DNA of 64,000 bases from Cystobasidiomycetes sp. EMM_F5. Taxonomy: Eukaryota. Positions 12,913-26,220 of this stretch are shown piece after piece. The notes beneath the pieces were generated by a model, which had not been told where the DNA came from, did not search any database, and worked only from the letters and a program-made list of their open reading frames with translations. The first letter of the stretch is position 1; each line of letters starts with the position of its first letter. A program made the position numbers and the translations under genes. Location: the NCBI GenBank assembly GCA_051047955.1, contig JBPGPT010000002.1, positions 620,001 through 684,000 of the forward strand, in the 5' to 3' direction.

Positions 12913-13934
12913 ATGGCCGACATTCGGGCGTTGATGAAACAGAAGGCTGCGGGGAAGCGGATATCACATCCGTATGCAAAGTATGGCAACAGCGGGCAGC
13001 TGTCTTGTTCGTTGTGCGGCGTGCCAGTCAAGAGCGATGTATTGTGGCCGTCGCACTTGTCGAGCAAGGTCCACCGAAACAGCGTACGAAAGGAAAAGGA
13101 GCAGCTAGAACAACAGCAAGAGCAGGAGCAGTCGGATGTAGCGAATCTGAGGAAACGGGCTGCTTCAGATCCGCCCGATGCGTTGGATGAAAACGGTCAA
13201 CAAGACAAAATGTCAAGCAAGCGAGTGCGGTTCGATGAGAGCTTAGATGAAGCCAATGTGCCTACATCTTTACCGTCTGCGGACATCGACGCAAACCCCT
13301 CTACATCTTCTTCTTTTCTGCCCGCTGGCTTCTTTGATGATCCCAGTCAAGTACCTCAAATCAACGGTAACGAGGCCAGAGACTACGAAGACGAGGAATG
13401 GGCGGCATTCGAAGCGACTCTAGCCGCAGAGGCAGATAGTGCCGAGCAACAGCAGAATACATCTAGCGTACCCTTCTCGGCCCACGCAACATTCTCGGCA
13501 CAAGAAGTCCTATATGACAACGACAACGATGAAACGCCCAATGGAGATGCTGCAAATGGGCAGGCGGGGGATATCGAAGAAGAAGACAACGACGAGCCAA
13601 AGGAGACTGAACAGAAGCGGAAAGAGCGCGAGGATAGGGAGGAATTGATGCAACGTATCGAAATGTGCGTACATTATCCTGCTTTCTTTGCGTATCAGAT
13701 GGGCTAAACTATGCATCTATCTACCTCTGTCGATACAGCGAAGAGCGCGAACAACAGGAAGCAGACGAAAGGGTCGATGCACTCAAACGACGTCTATTGT
13801 CCGTACGAACGGCTAGGCAATCAACCAAAACGACAAAAGCCAATGGCAATGACGTTCAGGAGTTAAACACAGATGATGCGCCAGCAGGTCCTTCGACAGC
13901 GCGTCAGCGAAGACGACGCGGCCTGAGAGGCTGA
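12913..13934 (+). CDS. ZNF830/CCDC16-like zinc-finger protein
   Basis: ISHPYAKY..LSCSLC..W..HL..KVH zinc finger, LPAGFFDDP motif and acidic coiled coil; one intron from 13665. Confidence 0.85.
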
Positions 13935-14267
13935 AGGTGCCCTATTGCGAAAGGAGCTTCGTCTAGCGCGGAGACCCCGCCTAACCCTAATACCCTTGGT
14001 GTCTCCACCTCTTTGGAATATTCGAGCGACTCTTGCGCGATCGGTTGTGTAACCATATGCCGGACATCGTAATGCTGGCACAGGATCGCCTAGCCTGGGC
14101 AGTGAAGGAGGTTGGAGCTCTCGCAGCTGCATTCTTTGCTGATACTGGCGATTGCCTATGGCCAAGGGGTGCCTCTAGAAAGTTGTGATCCTGTCTGCCA
14201 GTAAAAACGGTTCTTGGAAGCCGAACCCAAGGCCAATGTCCAGCGAAGCGCGGAGACCGCATGAAAT

Positions 14268-15568
14268 TCAAATTCGCGTCCCGTTTCGCGGCCCTGCTAT
14301 GTCACCAAGAATGGAACGCTGAAACCGTCGAACGCGGACCAATGTATCTGGTAGACGGAAGCCGAATTGTTGAGATCGTGCGTCGGCAATGAGCCTGTCG
14401 ATCCGTACCGTGACATATCTTCTAGGTCTAGCTGTAAGTCTACCAATAGCCGATGACAGCAAACGATAGATTGCCGAAGGTATCGTCGCAGGTTCTCTGA
14501 ATGACCACACGGGCTTAAGAGCATCCGGCGAAGACTGCGCCGCAGCGACCACGTCTGTTGGCTGTTGAACCAGGCAATTCTGCCATTCTTCTAGTGCATC
14601 AAAATTACGTCGGGTCTGGAAGAATCGCATGACACGCTTCACGGCAAAGTTTTCGAGAGAGCGCATAAAACGCGTTCCTAGACCTTCCTTCTGCCAGAGC
14701 GTTACGGTCAGAGTAGGAATGGCTTCGAATGAAGGCACGGCGGAGGAGTGCTTCTGAACATTGATTCGGTTCGCCAATACAATATCCGTCATGACGCGGT
14801 CGCCGATGACCAGAATCTTGGGAGCGGAGAAGGCTGCCTCGGCGACTGTCACGACTTCTTTCGTGTCCTTGCTCCATTTAGCAGCTACGTCAACTACCGG
14901 TCCAGGCGGATGTGCGAGGCGATGTGATCCATTGTTGCCGTGTTGTGCGAATATCGACGCAAAGTGCGCAGTGACAGCTGCGTCACAGCCAGGCTTCTTG
15001 ACAGCGTGTAGTAAGACGGGTACGCCCAAGTGTCTAGAAACGGACTCTGCTTGCAGCAGACCTGCATCGTCTCGCGAGCCAGCGCTGTTTGACACGACCA
15101 AAACATTACGCCTTCCGAATGCTTTTACAAGATTCGGCCATGCTTCCTGTTTTCCATTGACGCCAGTTAGCTAGAGTCACCTCCTATCGCGGTCGCGTAT
15201 GGCTTGCCTTCAACTCTGAAACAACACTGTCGACTTTCGGTTTCGTCTGCAAACGAAGGACACAAACGAGAAGCAATATGGTCAGCGGACCCTGTCGGCA
15301 TCTGGACAGCAATCACGACCAACAAGGCAATTATCTTTGTCTATGACGATTCCGGCTACGCCTCTTGCGCGAAGTTTCACAAGGTCCAGCTGGCGAATGT
15401 CTGTTGCCCATCAAGATATGGCCGTCAGCAATTGATGCATACGTGATGCATACGTGTCTATTCGTGTCTATTCCAATCCTTACCTCGAATGACGAGCTTC
15501 GGCAGCAGTAGACTTGGCCTCCAAGCGACTTGGAAGACCGCCTTTATTCCAGCAGTATTGAGACCCAT
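14268..15568 (-). CDS. GEP4: Mitochondrial phosphatidylglycerophosphatase (HAD IIIA)
   Basis: Motifs IVIDKDNCL, VVSNSAGS, HAVKKPGC, VIGDRVMTDIVLAN. Three introns, one GC-AG (15147-15207). Confidence 0.9.
15433..15474. repeat. Two abutting micro tandem duplications (TGATGCATACG x2, TGTCTATTCS x2) in GEP4 intron 1
   Basis: Directly visible in the sequence. Confidence 0.85.
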
Positions 15569-15872
15569 GAACAGACGCAGCCCGCTCAATAGCGGGTTGG
15601 ACAGGTATGAAGTCGCACAGGCTCGTAACTACAGAGAACCTGATGTTGCATTGTTTTGAGCTTGGTCAAAAGCCGGCACAGAAGCTTCAAGTTGATGCTT
15701 TCGGAAACAAGCTGACTATTTCCCAAATTATAGCAGGATAGGTATGTGTGATTGCCAGACAATCGTACGATGCTCAAACTGATTGTCTAATCGCGACTTC
15801 ATCTCAGGGAAGTCCAGAATTCAGGAATCATGCAATAACAACGAGCAAACATCTCACACCGTGGACCACAAT

Positions 15873-16650
15873 TTAGTGAATCTGCTGGCTCAGACTCGTG
15901 GCCAGATCTCGTTCAGCTTTTGACGCGCCCACCGCATTCTTCAGGACCTGTGCATCCGTTTTCGGATTAGCGGACATATCCGCCCACAGATTTGGGACCA
16001 ACATGCCGCTTACCTTCTGCAGTTGATGTTCCACTGTGTCTGCTACCCCGACTTGAACGCCTTTCGCCTGATTGATCCGGGCTTGCTGGAACTGCAGAAA
16101 AAACTTCACTGACTTGACGCGACCGAGTATTGAGCTCGAGGTTCCAGACTGCGCAGCTGGTCTCAGTAACCGCTGGTTTATTAGTATGGCAGAATGGGAC
16201 TGCGCTGACCTGACTGCGTAATGCAGCTTCCCAAGCCAGGTAGAGATCGAGGGCAGCCCCGATTTTGGCCGTTGCTTTCGCGGAAATCGCAGAGGGAGGA
16301 GAGGGTATGCCGAATTGCGATTCCGCAAAGCCCAGTGGTGACGTTCGAGATGTTTGAAAGTCAATGCTAGACAATGAAGTTCCCGAAGAAAGTAAATTTG
16401 GCACTCCTGGACTGATTTCAAGCTGCATGTGTCTGCGTTAGCTAACGGCTGCTTGGGCATTATACAGATTACTGACCGACTGATCGCATTGCACGACAGC
16501 GGCGATTCTGTCGACTCCCGTTGCAACCTCCTTCGGTAGAGCGATATCACCAGTAAGAAAGCATGGTCGCAAAGCAGCTCGTCTTGATCCGCCTGGTAAT
16601 GCGATAGCGCCAGCAATCCACAACATACACAGCAGAGAACAAAGGAGCAC
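15873..16650 (-). CDS. Fungal small secreted protein, multi-exon; start uncertain
   Basis: Hydrophobic N-terminus, then PCFLTGDIALPKEV..GVPNLLSSG..SSIDF..SPLGFA..YLAWEAALRS..KFFLQFQ, resembling a conserved fungal secreted family recalled from memory. Confidence 0.7.
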
Positions 16651-17309
16651 TAGGTTCCGTATTGGGTCTCAGCTTGCTTGTCACTTTGCATAGCCTCAAG
16701 CGGAAGTTTGTACTTACTGCTGGACTTCTTTTTTGGACTCGGTGTGGTCCGAGACTCAAGTACAGCGTGCTGGATATGCGAGTAGCGCTGGATGAGAAGA
16801 CCAGTGCAATGCTTGAGCTCAATATCTTCGCTTGCTTGCTACATCGATACGACGGGAATCTAATGGTTGCCCAGCAACGGTCGGTAAAAAACATCACAAC
16901 TACGAGCATACCTGACGATGGTGTGAAATCGCGTTCCAAGATCTTGTTAATTCATGCCTAATGCTTGTGCTGCGAGAGCACGCAGTCGCCGGCGATTCTT
17001 TTGCCACTCTTCCTTGTGGTTGCAATTGGCCAAAATCTCTATACGATCCATTTCAACGCGCCGCTGAGCTGCTTGCGGTGATTGTGACATAGGTGATGCG
17101 ATGCTACTCCGTCTCAAAACTTGAGAAACGCAGCGGCGACCTAGGCATCAGCTGATTCAAGTATGTGTGTGCGCTTGGTCGCATACTGCTTTATATTATA
17201 CCCGCTACTAACAGACGCGCCAGAACTATGCGTCGAGACACGTTTCAACTTCAATGTGCGTAGCCCCATCCGGTGACTTAGATATCCGCTTGAATCTGTG
17301 CTGCGCTGA

Positions 17310-17882
17310 TCATCGTTGTAAGATCGACTTCGCTAAGCGTTGTAGGCGTGCAGTGTTTCCCATCTGTCGCGGAAAGTCAAGATGGAGCCTCCGTTGCGCT
17401 TCATCCGCAGCCGACCATGGATACACTGAAAGCTCACTGCTGGATGATGACGCGCGGGAACGCGTCACTAAAGAGGATGGAGTAACACTTCCGGCCCAAG
17501 TGGTACGCTGGGACGATGAATCGTAGGGACTGGACGGGCCTGTAGTAGTTGAAGGACTGCCCTGAATGACTAAAATACGTTTTGTGGTCCTCGGGCTGGT
17601 CTGTTGTAAGTTCATTGATGGTGTGGAAGGACCATTGCTGGCATGTCCACAACATTTGCTTTTGATGGTATACGATTTGAACGGCATAGCTTTCACTGGG
17701 GACGGTTGAAGAGGGGGCGGAGGTGTGTTGAAGAGAGATAGAGGACTGCATGCTCTGCACTTCAATCTGGCGCTAGAGCGTTGTGCGGAGGCAGTGTCAG
17801 ATCGGGCTGTACTTTCGGAAATTGACCGTGATGGAACTCCGCTTTCGATAAAGGCGCCCCTCGTTGTTGACTTGACCGCCAT
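17310..17882 (-). CDS. Orphan Ser-rich protein (possible paralog of 18127..18741)
   Basis: 190-aa ATG ORF with a Ser tract followed by SAADEAQRRL. Confidence 0.45.
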   Translation of the reverse strand: MAVKSTTRGAFIESGVPSRSISESTARSDTASAQRSSARLKCRACSPLSLFNTPPPPLQPSPVKAMPFKSYTIKSKCCGHASNGPSTPSMNLQQTSPRTTKRILVIQGSPSTTTGPSSPYDSSSQRTTWAGSVTPSSLVTRSRASSSSSELSVYPWSAADEAQRRLHLDFPRQMGNTARLQRLAKSILQR

Positions 17883-18126
17883 ACGGGCGGCTCTGTCAAG
17901 CAGCTAGCTAGGTCATCGATTCCGCCCACGAGTCAAAGTCAATCTGTAATGGCTCCGCAAATGACAGCCCGGGCCATAGAAAAGCGTCTTGGCACATCAT
18001 GACCAGCCAGCTTCAGCATCAGTGCACTTTTGTCAGCATATAAAATCCTGTTAATAGAGACTACTAGCTTGAGTTCTACTACAAGCATGATACGTGAGAC
18101 GGAGGAGGCGACAGGACTGCTTCGCA

Positions 18127-18741
18127 TCAAATCCAGCCCTTCGCTCCTGCCGCCCGATTGCGAAGCTTTAGAACGTGCTGGTGGGTTTCGAATCTTGCCC
18201 GATCCTCCTTGTCCCTCAATCGCTTGGCTGCACTCATCTCCGCCATCGCTCGTTGGAGACGCCTTTCAGCTACCTGATCCGCAGATTCGTATGTCACGGG
18301 ACTGCTGTCGGTAGAACTTGATGATACAGAAGCGACTGATGATGATCTGCTGCTTCTAACTGAATTCCTTGCAGTTATCGGGCACGAGCTTGACATTATG
18401 GTTCCATCTAACAAATCTTGTTGACGTTGTGCGCGACTGAACGATGTGCGCAGATTAGGTGCGGTCGTGATTGTGAATAGCTCAGGCTTGCATGTCTGAC
18501 GGACGGGGTTGTAACCGCGTAGACCAATGAACTGTTGCTCAATCGGGCGAGGCGAACTTGGTCGTGTCGGTGCGGCGACGTGGGCTTGTGCATCACATCC
18601 GCCTGGCAACTTCCAGTCGGGCGGGTAATGATCACGTTTGTAAGGCGGGAGTTGTGAGTAGGGCTTTGTGGCTAAAGACGGTACTACATCCGCATTCACC
18701 AGTGTGGATGCCGTACTGAGTGACCGCTGTAAGGGAGCCAT
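18127..18741 (-). CDS. Orphan Ser-rich protein
   Basis: 204-aa ATG ORF with a Ser tract followed by SADQVAERRL and a helical basic tail. Confidence 0.55.
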   Translation of the reverse strand: MAPLQRSLSTASTLVNADVVPSLATKPYSQLPPYKRDHYPPDWKLPGGCDAQAHVAAPTRPSSPRPIEQQFIGLRGYNPVRQTCKPELFTITTAPNLRTSFSRAQRQQDLLDGTIMSSSCPITARNSVRSSRSSSVASVSSSSTDSSPVTYESADQVAERRLQRAMAEMSAAKRLRDKEDRARFETHQHVLKLRNRAAGAKGWI

Positions 18742-19324
18742 TTTGTGTAGGCTGCAAGGCGTCTGAACGATCTCGGGAGGAAATTGTTAGAAAAGGGGTG
18801 ATAAAGTAGTGGCAGGAAGCAACCTCAACGCTGAGGTCGTTCTGCGGAGGCCTTAATGAGGGGCTGTACCCTCGGAGATTGACCCGGGTGGCACTGCCAT
18901 TGTTGACAAAGGCGCTCACTCTTGTTGATTTGACCGTCAATGGTACTGGATACCCTCAGGCAACTTGCCATCGATTTGTGCCGAGTCTCGTGAGGAGTCG
19001 AGCCAATGGTTAGCCTGCCCCGCTTGGATAGGCTGGAGGAGAGTAGATTACGTTGCCGCACATCGTCTCAGTCAGCTTGAGCATCAGTAGACCTCTGTCA
19101 GTATGTCACATCCTCCACCTCAGTCTGGCCTGTACATTATATCCACGATCGATTTGTGCCTTAGAGGCTGGACCAGCCTGTCAGTGAGGACTTCCCCGAG
19201 GGAGGGTGCAGCATTCGAGCGTATCGAGGATATATTATGGACATGCTGCCAGCTTCTGACAAGTGCTGCGCCTGCTAGTAGTCTGAGTGGGCGCTACTCT
19301 AGCTAGCCCAGCGTTTCCTCTGGC

Positions 19325-21593
19325 ATGTCCTCGTCTGAGATGAGCCAGCACCCAGATGACTTGGACATGGAGCCACATCGTCAACGACGACGGCGAGCAG
19401 CTCATCGCAGCGTCGACCACAGCGGTATCATCCCGGTGGATGGTCGGGAAGAGACGGGCAGCCCCTTGGAAGCTGCAGACTGCGTGCCCGGTCTGGCTGC
19501 CATGCCATCGACGGGCCATCGGACAGCGACATCGGGCAGAGATCTCAGTCGGTCAAAGCCGCGGAAGAGGCGATATGATGGGAGTGCAGCGTCAACGTCG
19601 ACGAGTGTAGCCAGCAGCAGTGCTGGGAGCGCTTCATCGCCCGCCTCGCCGTCCCGTTCAGATACTGCATCAGCAGGGTATGCATCGGGCATCGACGACG
19701 CAGCTTGCGGCTGCAGCGGAGAAGCCGACACCGACAACGACTACGCTTCACGGTCGACGTCTCCAGATAGTCGCGCAGCCAGACTAGCGGCATGGGATCA
19801 CTTCTGGTACCCCTACCGACCAATCCTGTCGAGGACGTTTGACTTTTCCGACAGCGGGAATGCGAGTACGTCACGTACACGCCCAGTAACTCGACCCCCT
19901 TCCCTCCAGCTCCCAATCTTTCCCGTCTTCGTTACGTCTCCTTCGTCTTTCGCAACAGCCTCCTCGTCCTCAGGGTCTTCATCTGGAGGTTCTTCCTCAT
20001 CGAAATCTTCCTATTTCCCCTCTTCATCACAAAGTCCCCCCTCTTCGTGCGACGAGAGCTCGTCTGCGCCGTCCTCTCAAGCCTCTTCGACCATCAAGTA
20101 CGATCATGACGCTTCATTGCAAGTACCACATACCTTCTCCTTCAATCCTCCCGAAGATACCGCTCAAGTACTCTCCAAAAGGACGGCAGGCATAACGCCC
20201 CTGCAATCTGCTCTACACCTCAAGAAGCGCAAGCTTTCTCATCGTATCCGTTCATTTCTGGTCCTAAGGCCACCGGGTCCACCTCTTCCAGGGGTAGACG
20301 GAGCAGCAGATATTGCTTTGATTGCAAAGGCGCCGAAATGGTTAAAGACTGCGACTGCGGAACTGAGTAGAGAGTCGAGGATGAGTCCGTCAGAGTGGTC
20401 CTGGTCGGGTAACGAGACGACGGCCGGGAAATGGACAGTATCGACGCTCGAGAGGCAGTTGAAGAGGCAATTGAAACTGATTGATGACAACGAGGGCGAG
20501 CAGTTGGATAGGGCGAATGCTCAGCCTAACACCACAAAAGACGGCGTGGTCCACATCTCGGCAGGCAATGGTGGTGCAGTATCGACCAAACAGCTGCAAA
20601 CACATATCGATTCGCAGGACACTACGCCTCCACGACCCCAGCCTGTGCCGCAACACGTCCTCAAGGCTCAATTGATGGCAATTCTCCGATCCAGACTGGG
20701 CGACAATCACAAGAGTGCCAATGCACCTCTCCGGATGAAGAAGTTTGTAGTATGGAACGGTGCGTGTGTACTTATGACGGTTTTCATGTGCTAATTTGGC
20801 TAATTACCTAACTTGTGTTTCAGCATGGACACGGCGATCAGCTAGCCTTTCGCCGAGACTGGTTGTACGAAGCGCTTCGCCCCAGTCGGACAATGATGCT
20901 GGTGAACGCTTACCTCCTGCTACGATGAAGTCCGATGACTTGCACCAGAGTGACTCGCTATCAGCGATTGAGACCAGTGGTCACAGAACAGATGTCGCAG
21001 CCCTCTTGAGATCAGCTCAGGATCAGCTACCGGAAGCCTTGTCCCCCGAAGAAGTCGCGGTTCAAGTTCCAACACCGTCTACTAAAATGACGTCATATCA
21101 GATGGCACAATCCCCATCCAGTCTAGGCTTGTTGGGCATGCCTTCCGTGCCGTATGCGTCTGCAAACGATACAGCAAGACCTACTTCACCTACGAGGCAG
21201 CGGCTCGAGCGAGATCAGCGCGACAACCTCGCCATGACTGAGCATTCTCCACAACCGCAGCCTCAGTTCGTCTCGATGGCAGACCTTGTACAAAGTCCTC
21301 GAGCACTTCCCTCTGTGCTACCTCGTCCAGTCCTGAAAGATTTCGAGCCATCAGCTTCTGTAGCTGAGACTGCGAAACGACATGCACCTGCCAGACCGAA
21401 ACTCTTTCGATCGCCATCTACTCCTGATCCACCATCATCCGCCTCGCCTCAGCATCATCATCAGCAGAGACGCAGAAGTTCAATCTATTCAGGAACTTTG
21501 CGCACGACTCCACATCCTGCCTCTGCATCGCCTCCGTCCCGCGAGACGCAACATTTGCATCGTCATCAGCTTCCGGCTTCTACGAAGGCTTGA
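19325..21593 (+). CDS. Large Ser/Pro-rich, probably disordered hypothetical protein (2 exons)
   Basis: The 489-aa and 265-aa ORFs are joined by a GTGCGT...CTAAC..CAG intron at ~20760-20823. Confidence 0.7.
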
Positions 21594-21889
21594 AGTCTGT
21601 TCCGAACCCTCTTACCATGGGTTCTCGTTGGACAGTTCCATCGTTGGTATTACAGTACATAGATCTTTCAGTTTGTTTATAGGGTGCAGTATTGCGCTTT
21701 TTGCTGGCTGCACCGACTATCACGCTCGCAGAGCGTATGTAGCATTAGATCTACAGCTTTCTTGGGAAATGGAGCCTGTCAGACCTATAACAGTCAATTT
21801 GATCACCATGCTTCAACGCTGATGTCTTTGCGACCCTCCATTTTTAAAACAACAACAATTTCGGCTCGGACAATCGTCCAAGTAATGCT

Positions 21890-22973
21890 CTAGAACTCTT
21901 CCACTTCTACTGCGTAATCGCCCGACGTCGGAGCGTCGGCAGTCGGCGAGCCTTCCACAGGCACGTCTTCTTGCTCTGGCGCCGTTACAGCAGCCTTGCC
22001 CTTGCCCCTACCTCTTCCTGTACCACCGCGACCGCGACCACGCGCTCCTGTGCTTACAGTGCTTTTCGCTCGGGCGCGGGTACCACGTCCTCTGCCTCGT
22101 TCTGGCTTGTTTGTTACGTCAGGTGCTTGCTCGCTAATCTCATTCGGATTCGTCTCGCTTGTCTCATCATCAACTTGGACCTGAGCAGTCGTGTCGGAGC
22201 TAGTGCTACCCTGCCTTGCCTTTCCGCGACCTCTGCCACTGCCTGTACCCGACGCTCGAAGGCCGCGACTGCCTCGGCTTCCTCTTCCTGAATTGATGAG
22301 GTAGTGCGATGCATCGTGCCTCTGGCTTTGCCCGCTGATCTTGCCTCCATCTTTGGGCACGAGCTTTAGAGACTCGAATTGTATACGCGTTTGCGTCGTG
22401 CCGAGCCGTTGCAAAAGACCATGCTTGCCGGTATCAGGATCCGCTGGGGGAACGCAAGTTCTTCAGCACGTAGTTGAGGAAGCAGTAGAAGTAATCCGCA
22501 GACGCACGCTGAGGTTGTATGAAAAGGAGGTCGCTACCCAGTGTGGTCTCATAGCGTCCCCGCAGGATCTGCTGTCCAAACCTCACGAATGGCTCGTGTG
22601 TATTTAAATCCTGTGTGAAGCCAGTTCGAGCAATGATTAGGCTTTGCTTGAATGCGAAGCTGTCGCGCAGCCCTGTGAGATCTTACAAGCAGTTGCAGCG
22701 AGTCGATATGCGACATCTGCTCGGCTGTCACATCCTTTCCCAGGTCGAGGGTGATGTACGAGACCTGCAGTTTCTTCGCGTTAACAAGCTGCAGCGATAG
22801 TTTGAAGCTCGCTTGCACACCTCTTCATCCGAGTACTCGTCGTCTTCACCTTCTGGGAATTGTGGCACTAACGTCCATCCCTCTTCAAGCGGCAGAATCG
22901 CAGACGGGGTTGCGCGACTTGCAGGTTGTTCTGCACTTCCTGATGCTGCCTCATCATCCTCATCAATGGACAT
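21890..22973 (-). CDS. TFIIIC triple-barrel subunit (GTF3C6/Tfc7-like) with RG-rich tail
   Basis: EEE|VSYITLDL..LQLL|GLNTHEPFVRFGQQILRGRYETTLGSDLLF matches the TFIIIC_sub6 pattern; RGRG repeats at the C-terminus. Confidence 0.75.
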
Positions 22974-24154
22974 GGTTTGCAGCTGATCCTACGCTGTCAC
23001 AGCATGGCTCGCATGGGCATAAGGCACAAACAGCTGAATCTGACGACCTTTGTTATGACAGCTAAAGAGACTGACGGCATTCAGGCTCGTAATATACCGT
23101 CATACAATGTAACATTCGCGTCGTCAAGAGTGCGTCTGTTGATGCTATTTGACCGCCCGTCAGCGCTGATAGAGCTGAACATTCACAGCGAGGTTCAAGC
23201 TAGTGCGTAGCCGTCACGATGGAGGGCGAGGCCTCTCATGAGGAGTCCCGGTCAACATGGTCTCGTGTTTACAATGCGCGCGGTCACGACGCGACGCCAT
23301 TGTTGCCCAACAAACACGAAACGCGTATGTGGCGACCCTTTTTACATTGGAATGCACAAGCATTCCAGAGGTCCGTGCTGCATTCCTTAGGTAATGAAGA
23401 GCTGAACAGCTGAAAAGCGCGTAAAGCGAGCCTATCAATGTATATCTCGAAGGCTGCGGCAGCTGGCGTGAGTGTCCATACAGGACCGCTGGAATGGCAT
23501 GAAGGCTGTTGTAACCGACCAGCGATGCCTGCCTCATAGTCCCACATAGCACAAAAGCCTTGGAAAGCATACCAGAGTTTCGAGATTGACTGATACGTCC
23601 AGGCTGTTTTCTTCTCTTCCCCCTCTCTCCCTGTTTCCATCACTCGAAAACATCAAAGCATTAACATCAGGCCTCGCAAAGGCAGAGGTCACGGTAGGAT
23701 CGGGTCTCATTCATGCTACAGAAAGCCATGGATATGCAGCAGTACGCTGTGACCCTCGCTCGGATGCAGTTCATGGTCTAGGCGCCTCTTTTATCACTTT
23801 ATCTTCGCTTTTTACGCGTTTCCGTGCCTGATCAGTCGATGCGCAAAGGACGCGACTATAGTGGTGGCCCGTGCATCCATAAAGGATAAGGCCGGGAAAT
23901 GGGAGGGAAGAGCCTGAGCGGAAAATACGCGTTGTTCTGACCGGTCGCGTTCTTTGCCTTTGCTTCATCCCGACAAAACACATCAAACACCATCATCTAC
24001 GTCTTCTTCGTAGACCAACGTCAACTGATACTCGAGCTGGTTCTCGACATAGCAACGACGCCCTCATCTCGACTAGATTCATTTATACGAAAATCCCGGT
24101 GACATCGAGTGTCCCGAATCAACTTCCAGAATCCAACAAGCAAATACCACAATC

Positions 24155-25090
24155 ATGTTTACGACACGTCTAGCTTTCCTTCTGTCTGCATTCTTGTTCG
24201 CTTTTGCAAGCGCCCGCCAAACTAGGCATCACATGAGGCGTGGAAACTGGGTTTCCGTCATCAACCCTAATGTCACGCTGTCAACTGTAAGGCTGGTTTG
24301 GTACTGACGTATCCAACGGCGGGCTGACATTGAGCCTCATACCTATTATAGTGCCAGCCGTACACCATCAGATGGTTGGTCCATTCAGCTTCTGACCCTT
24401 TTTCATTACCCGCTCATGCCCTCTCCGCTTTGACGCGTCTTTCAGGAACGGGACCGGTGCCCCTTACGCTGTCGGCGTGCTTGTCGGCGCCTCGTCATCA
24501 GCACCATTGTATCATCTTGGCAATCCTACAAGCAACATGTACCCATGGTGTGTTGTCATTTATAGCGCGTTCGAGTTCTCCACGCTGACAGGCCTGCCTC
24601 CCCCAACTAGGAATGTCGACCTCCCGCCTAACACGACCGTAACCTTCGCCGTGAAGGCTCAGGATGGCTCTGTCGGGTAAGCCTGTTCACCTTTGTGCAG
24701 TCCCTCTCAACCATCTTCATAACTGCGCCTTCTATCCCACCTAGATACTCCGAGAAAATTGTTATTATGGGTAGCCCGTCTACTGGATGCCTGGCCAGCT
24801 CGCCATGGCGAGTACCCACATACTCATATCCTACGAGCACCAATGCGACCAGCACCTCCAATGGAACCAGCACATCCTCCGTCAACGGTACATCAACAGC
24901 CATCCCTGGTGTGTCCAGCGGTATTGGGTGAGCAGGGTCTCGCCAAAAATGTGGCATTATGCGTTTTAACACCTGCACTTCTTTCAGTGGTGCTGCTGCA
25001 GCAACTCAAAGCAAAGCGTCGAGCGCTACGCGAGTGACTGCTGGGTTGACTCTCTTACTGGGCTGCGCGATCTTTGCTCTGTCTGCGTAA
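24155..25090 (+). CDS. Secreted Ser/Thr-rich, probably GPI-anchored protein
   Basis: Signal MFTTRLAFLLSAFLFAFASA, then CQPYTIRW..WNVDLPPNT..GYS, an S/T tract and the hydrophobic end GLTLLLGCAIFALSA*. Confidence 0.8.
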
Positions 25091-25403
25091 ACAGATTGGA
25101 CAAGTCGTGGCAAAAGCGAGTAATCAGGATGAGGTAAATGGGCCGTTGCAGGAACTAAAATGGGCGGGAAGTTATTCGGTCTTGTTGACATCATTATCAT
25201 ACTATACAAGCCTGCGAAAGCTGGTTCTTTCGTCACATTCGTGTTTAAACACATTACCGTTGCATAGTCATTTAATGTAGCGAAACACGCTCTTTCTATT
25301 GTCCGCTGTTTTGTCATCGCTCACTACCTTATCAGGTCTGCACAAGGTTGGTATTCTTCGCTTCTGACGTATCGAGACAATGATGAATCTACTCTGTACA
25401 TGC

Positions 25404-26013
25404 ATGCAACGAGCAGTTCGCTCAACAACACGGACACCGCTAGGAGCATCGACGAGATATTATATCCATGGGTCTTCAGCACCGCGCTCGAGAGCGGTAT
25501 CGATGCCAAAGCCAAAAGGTTTGTCTGCCTTTGGCGGCGTGAATGGTAGGATTCTGTAGACTAATCATACCTCATATCATACTCCAGAGGGTCTTGCAAC
25601 GCCAGTCGACTTCCTTACGCGGATGGGCCGCTCAATGAGCGAGCAAGAAAGCAAAGTTGGGTCGGATTGGCAGAAGTTCTGGAGGATGCGAGGCGACGCT
25701 TTCAAAGAAGCTGGAGTAGGAGTCAAGGAAAGAAAGTGAGCAATGGAATCACTTGCTGGAAGTCTGCTACGATGGCTGATTTTAATGGGCAATCTTCGCC
25801 GCAAAGATACATTCTGCGGCAAATGGAGTATTTCCGTCAAGGGAGAGAAATCAAGGAGATCGAGGCCAAGCCGCCAAAGGTATTCAGAGGGTACGCAAAC
25901 GAATGCTTCATTCTCATCACCGTGGTTCGACTGGCTTACATCTGCATCATTCGCATGATTTTGTTCATCGCAGGCGAGGACCCAAAGTGCAGAAAGGAAT
26001 GCGAAGGCCCTAA
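25404..26013 (+). CDS. FYV4: Mitoribosomal protein mS41/Fyv4 (IGR domain), 4 exons
   Basis: Presequence MQRAVRSTTRTPL.., then DFLTRMGR..WQKFW..FKEAGVGVKERKYILRQMEYFRQG..RGRGPKVQKG. Confidence 0.85.
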
Positions 26014-26220
26014 GACTGCGGTCGCAAAGGCCCAAACGTGTACGAAAACTTTGTAACACCAACGAATCCTGTATCCACACCTATCTGTGCTCGCCGTCGT
26101 CACGACTCTCGATCTGGTCAACAAAAGCGGCCGAGAACGCACAATTGTTCTTGACAGGCTGGATTCAGCTAACGCGCAACATGCTTCCAACACGTACTAA
26201 GCTTTGATATTTCTGATGTC

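Noticed and set aside
13978..13995. Telomere-like CCTAACCCTAA
   Set aside because: Fewer than two full units; compatible with chance.
13863..14271. Short minus-strand ORFs between the ZNF830-like gene and GEP4
   Set aside because: No family features; they fall within probable 3' UTRs.
25577..26080. 167-aa minus-strand ORF
   Set aside because: Lies antisense to the spliced FYV4 gene, which explains the region.
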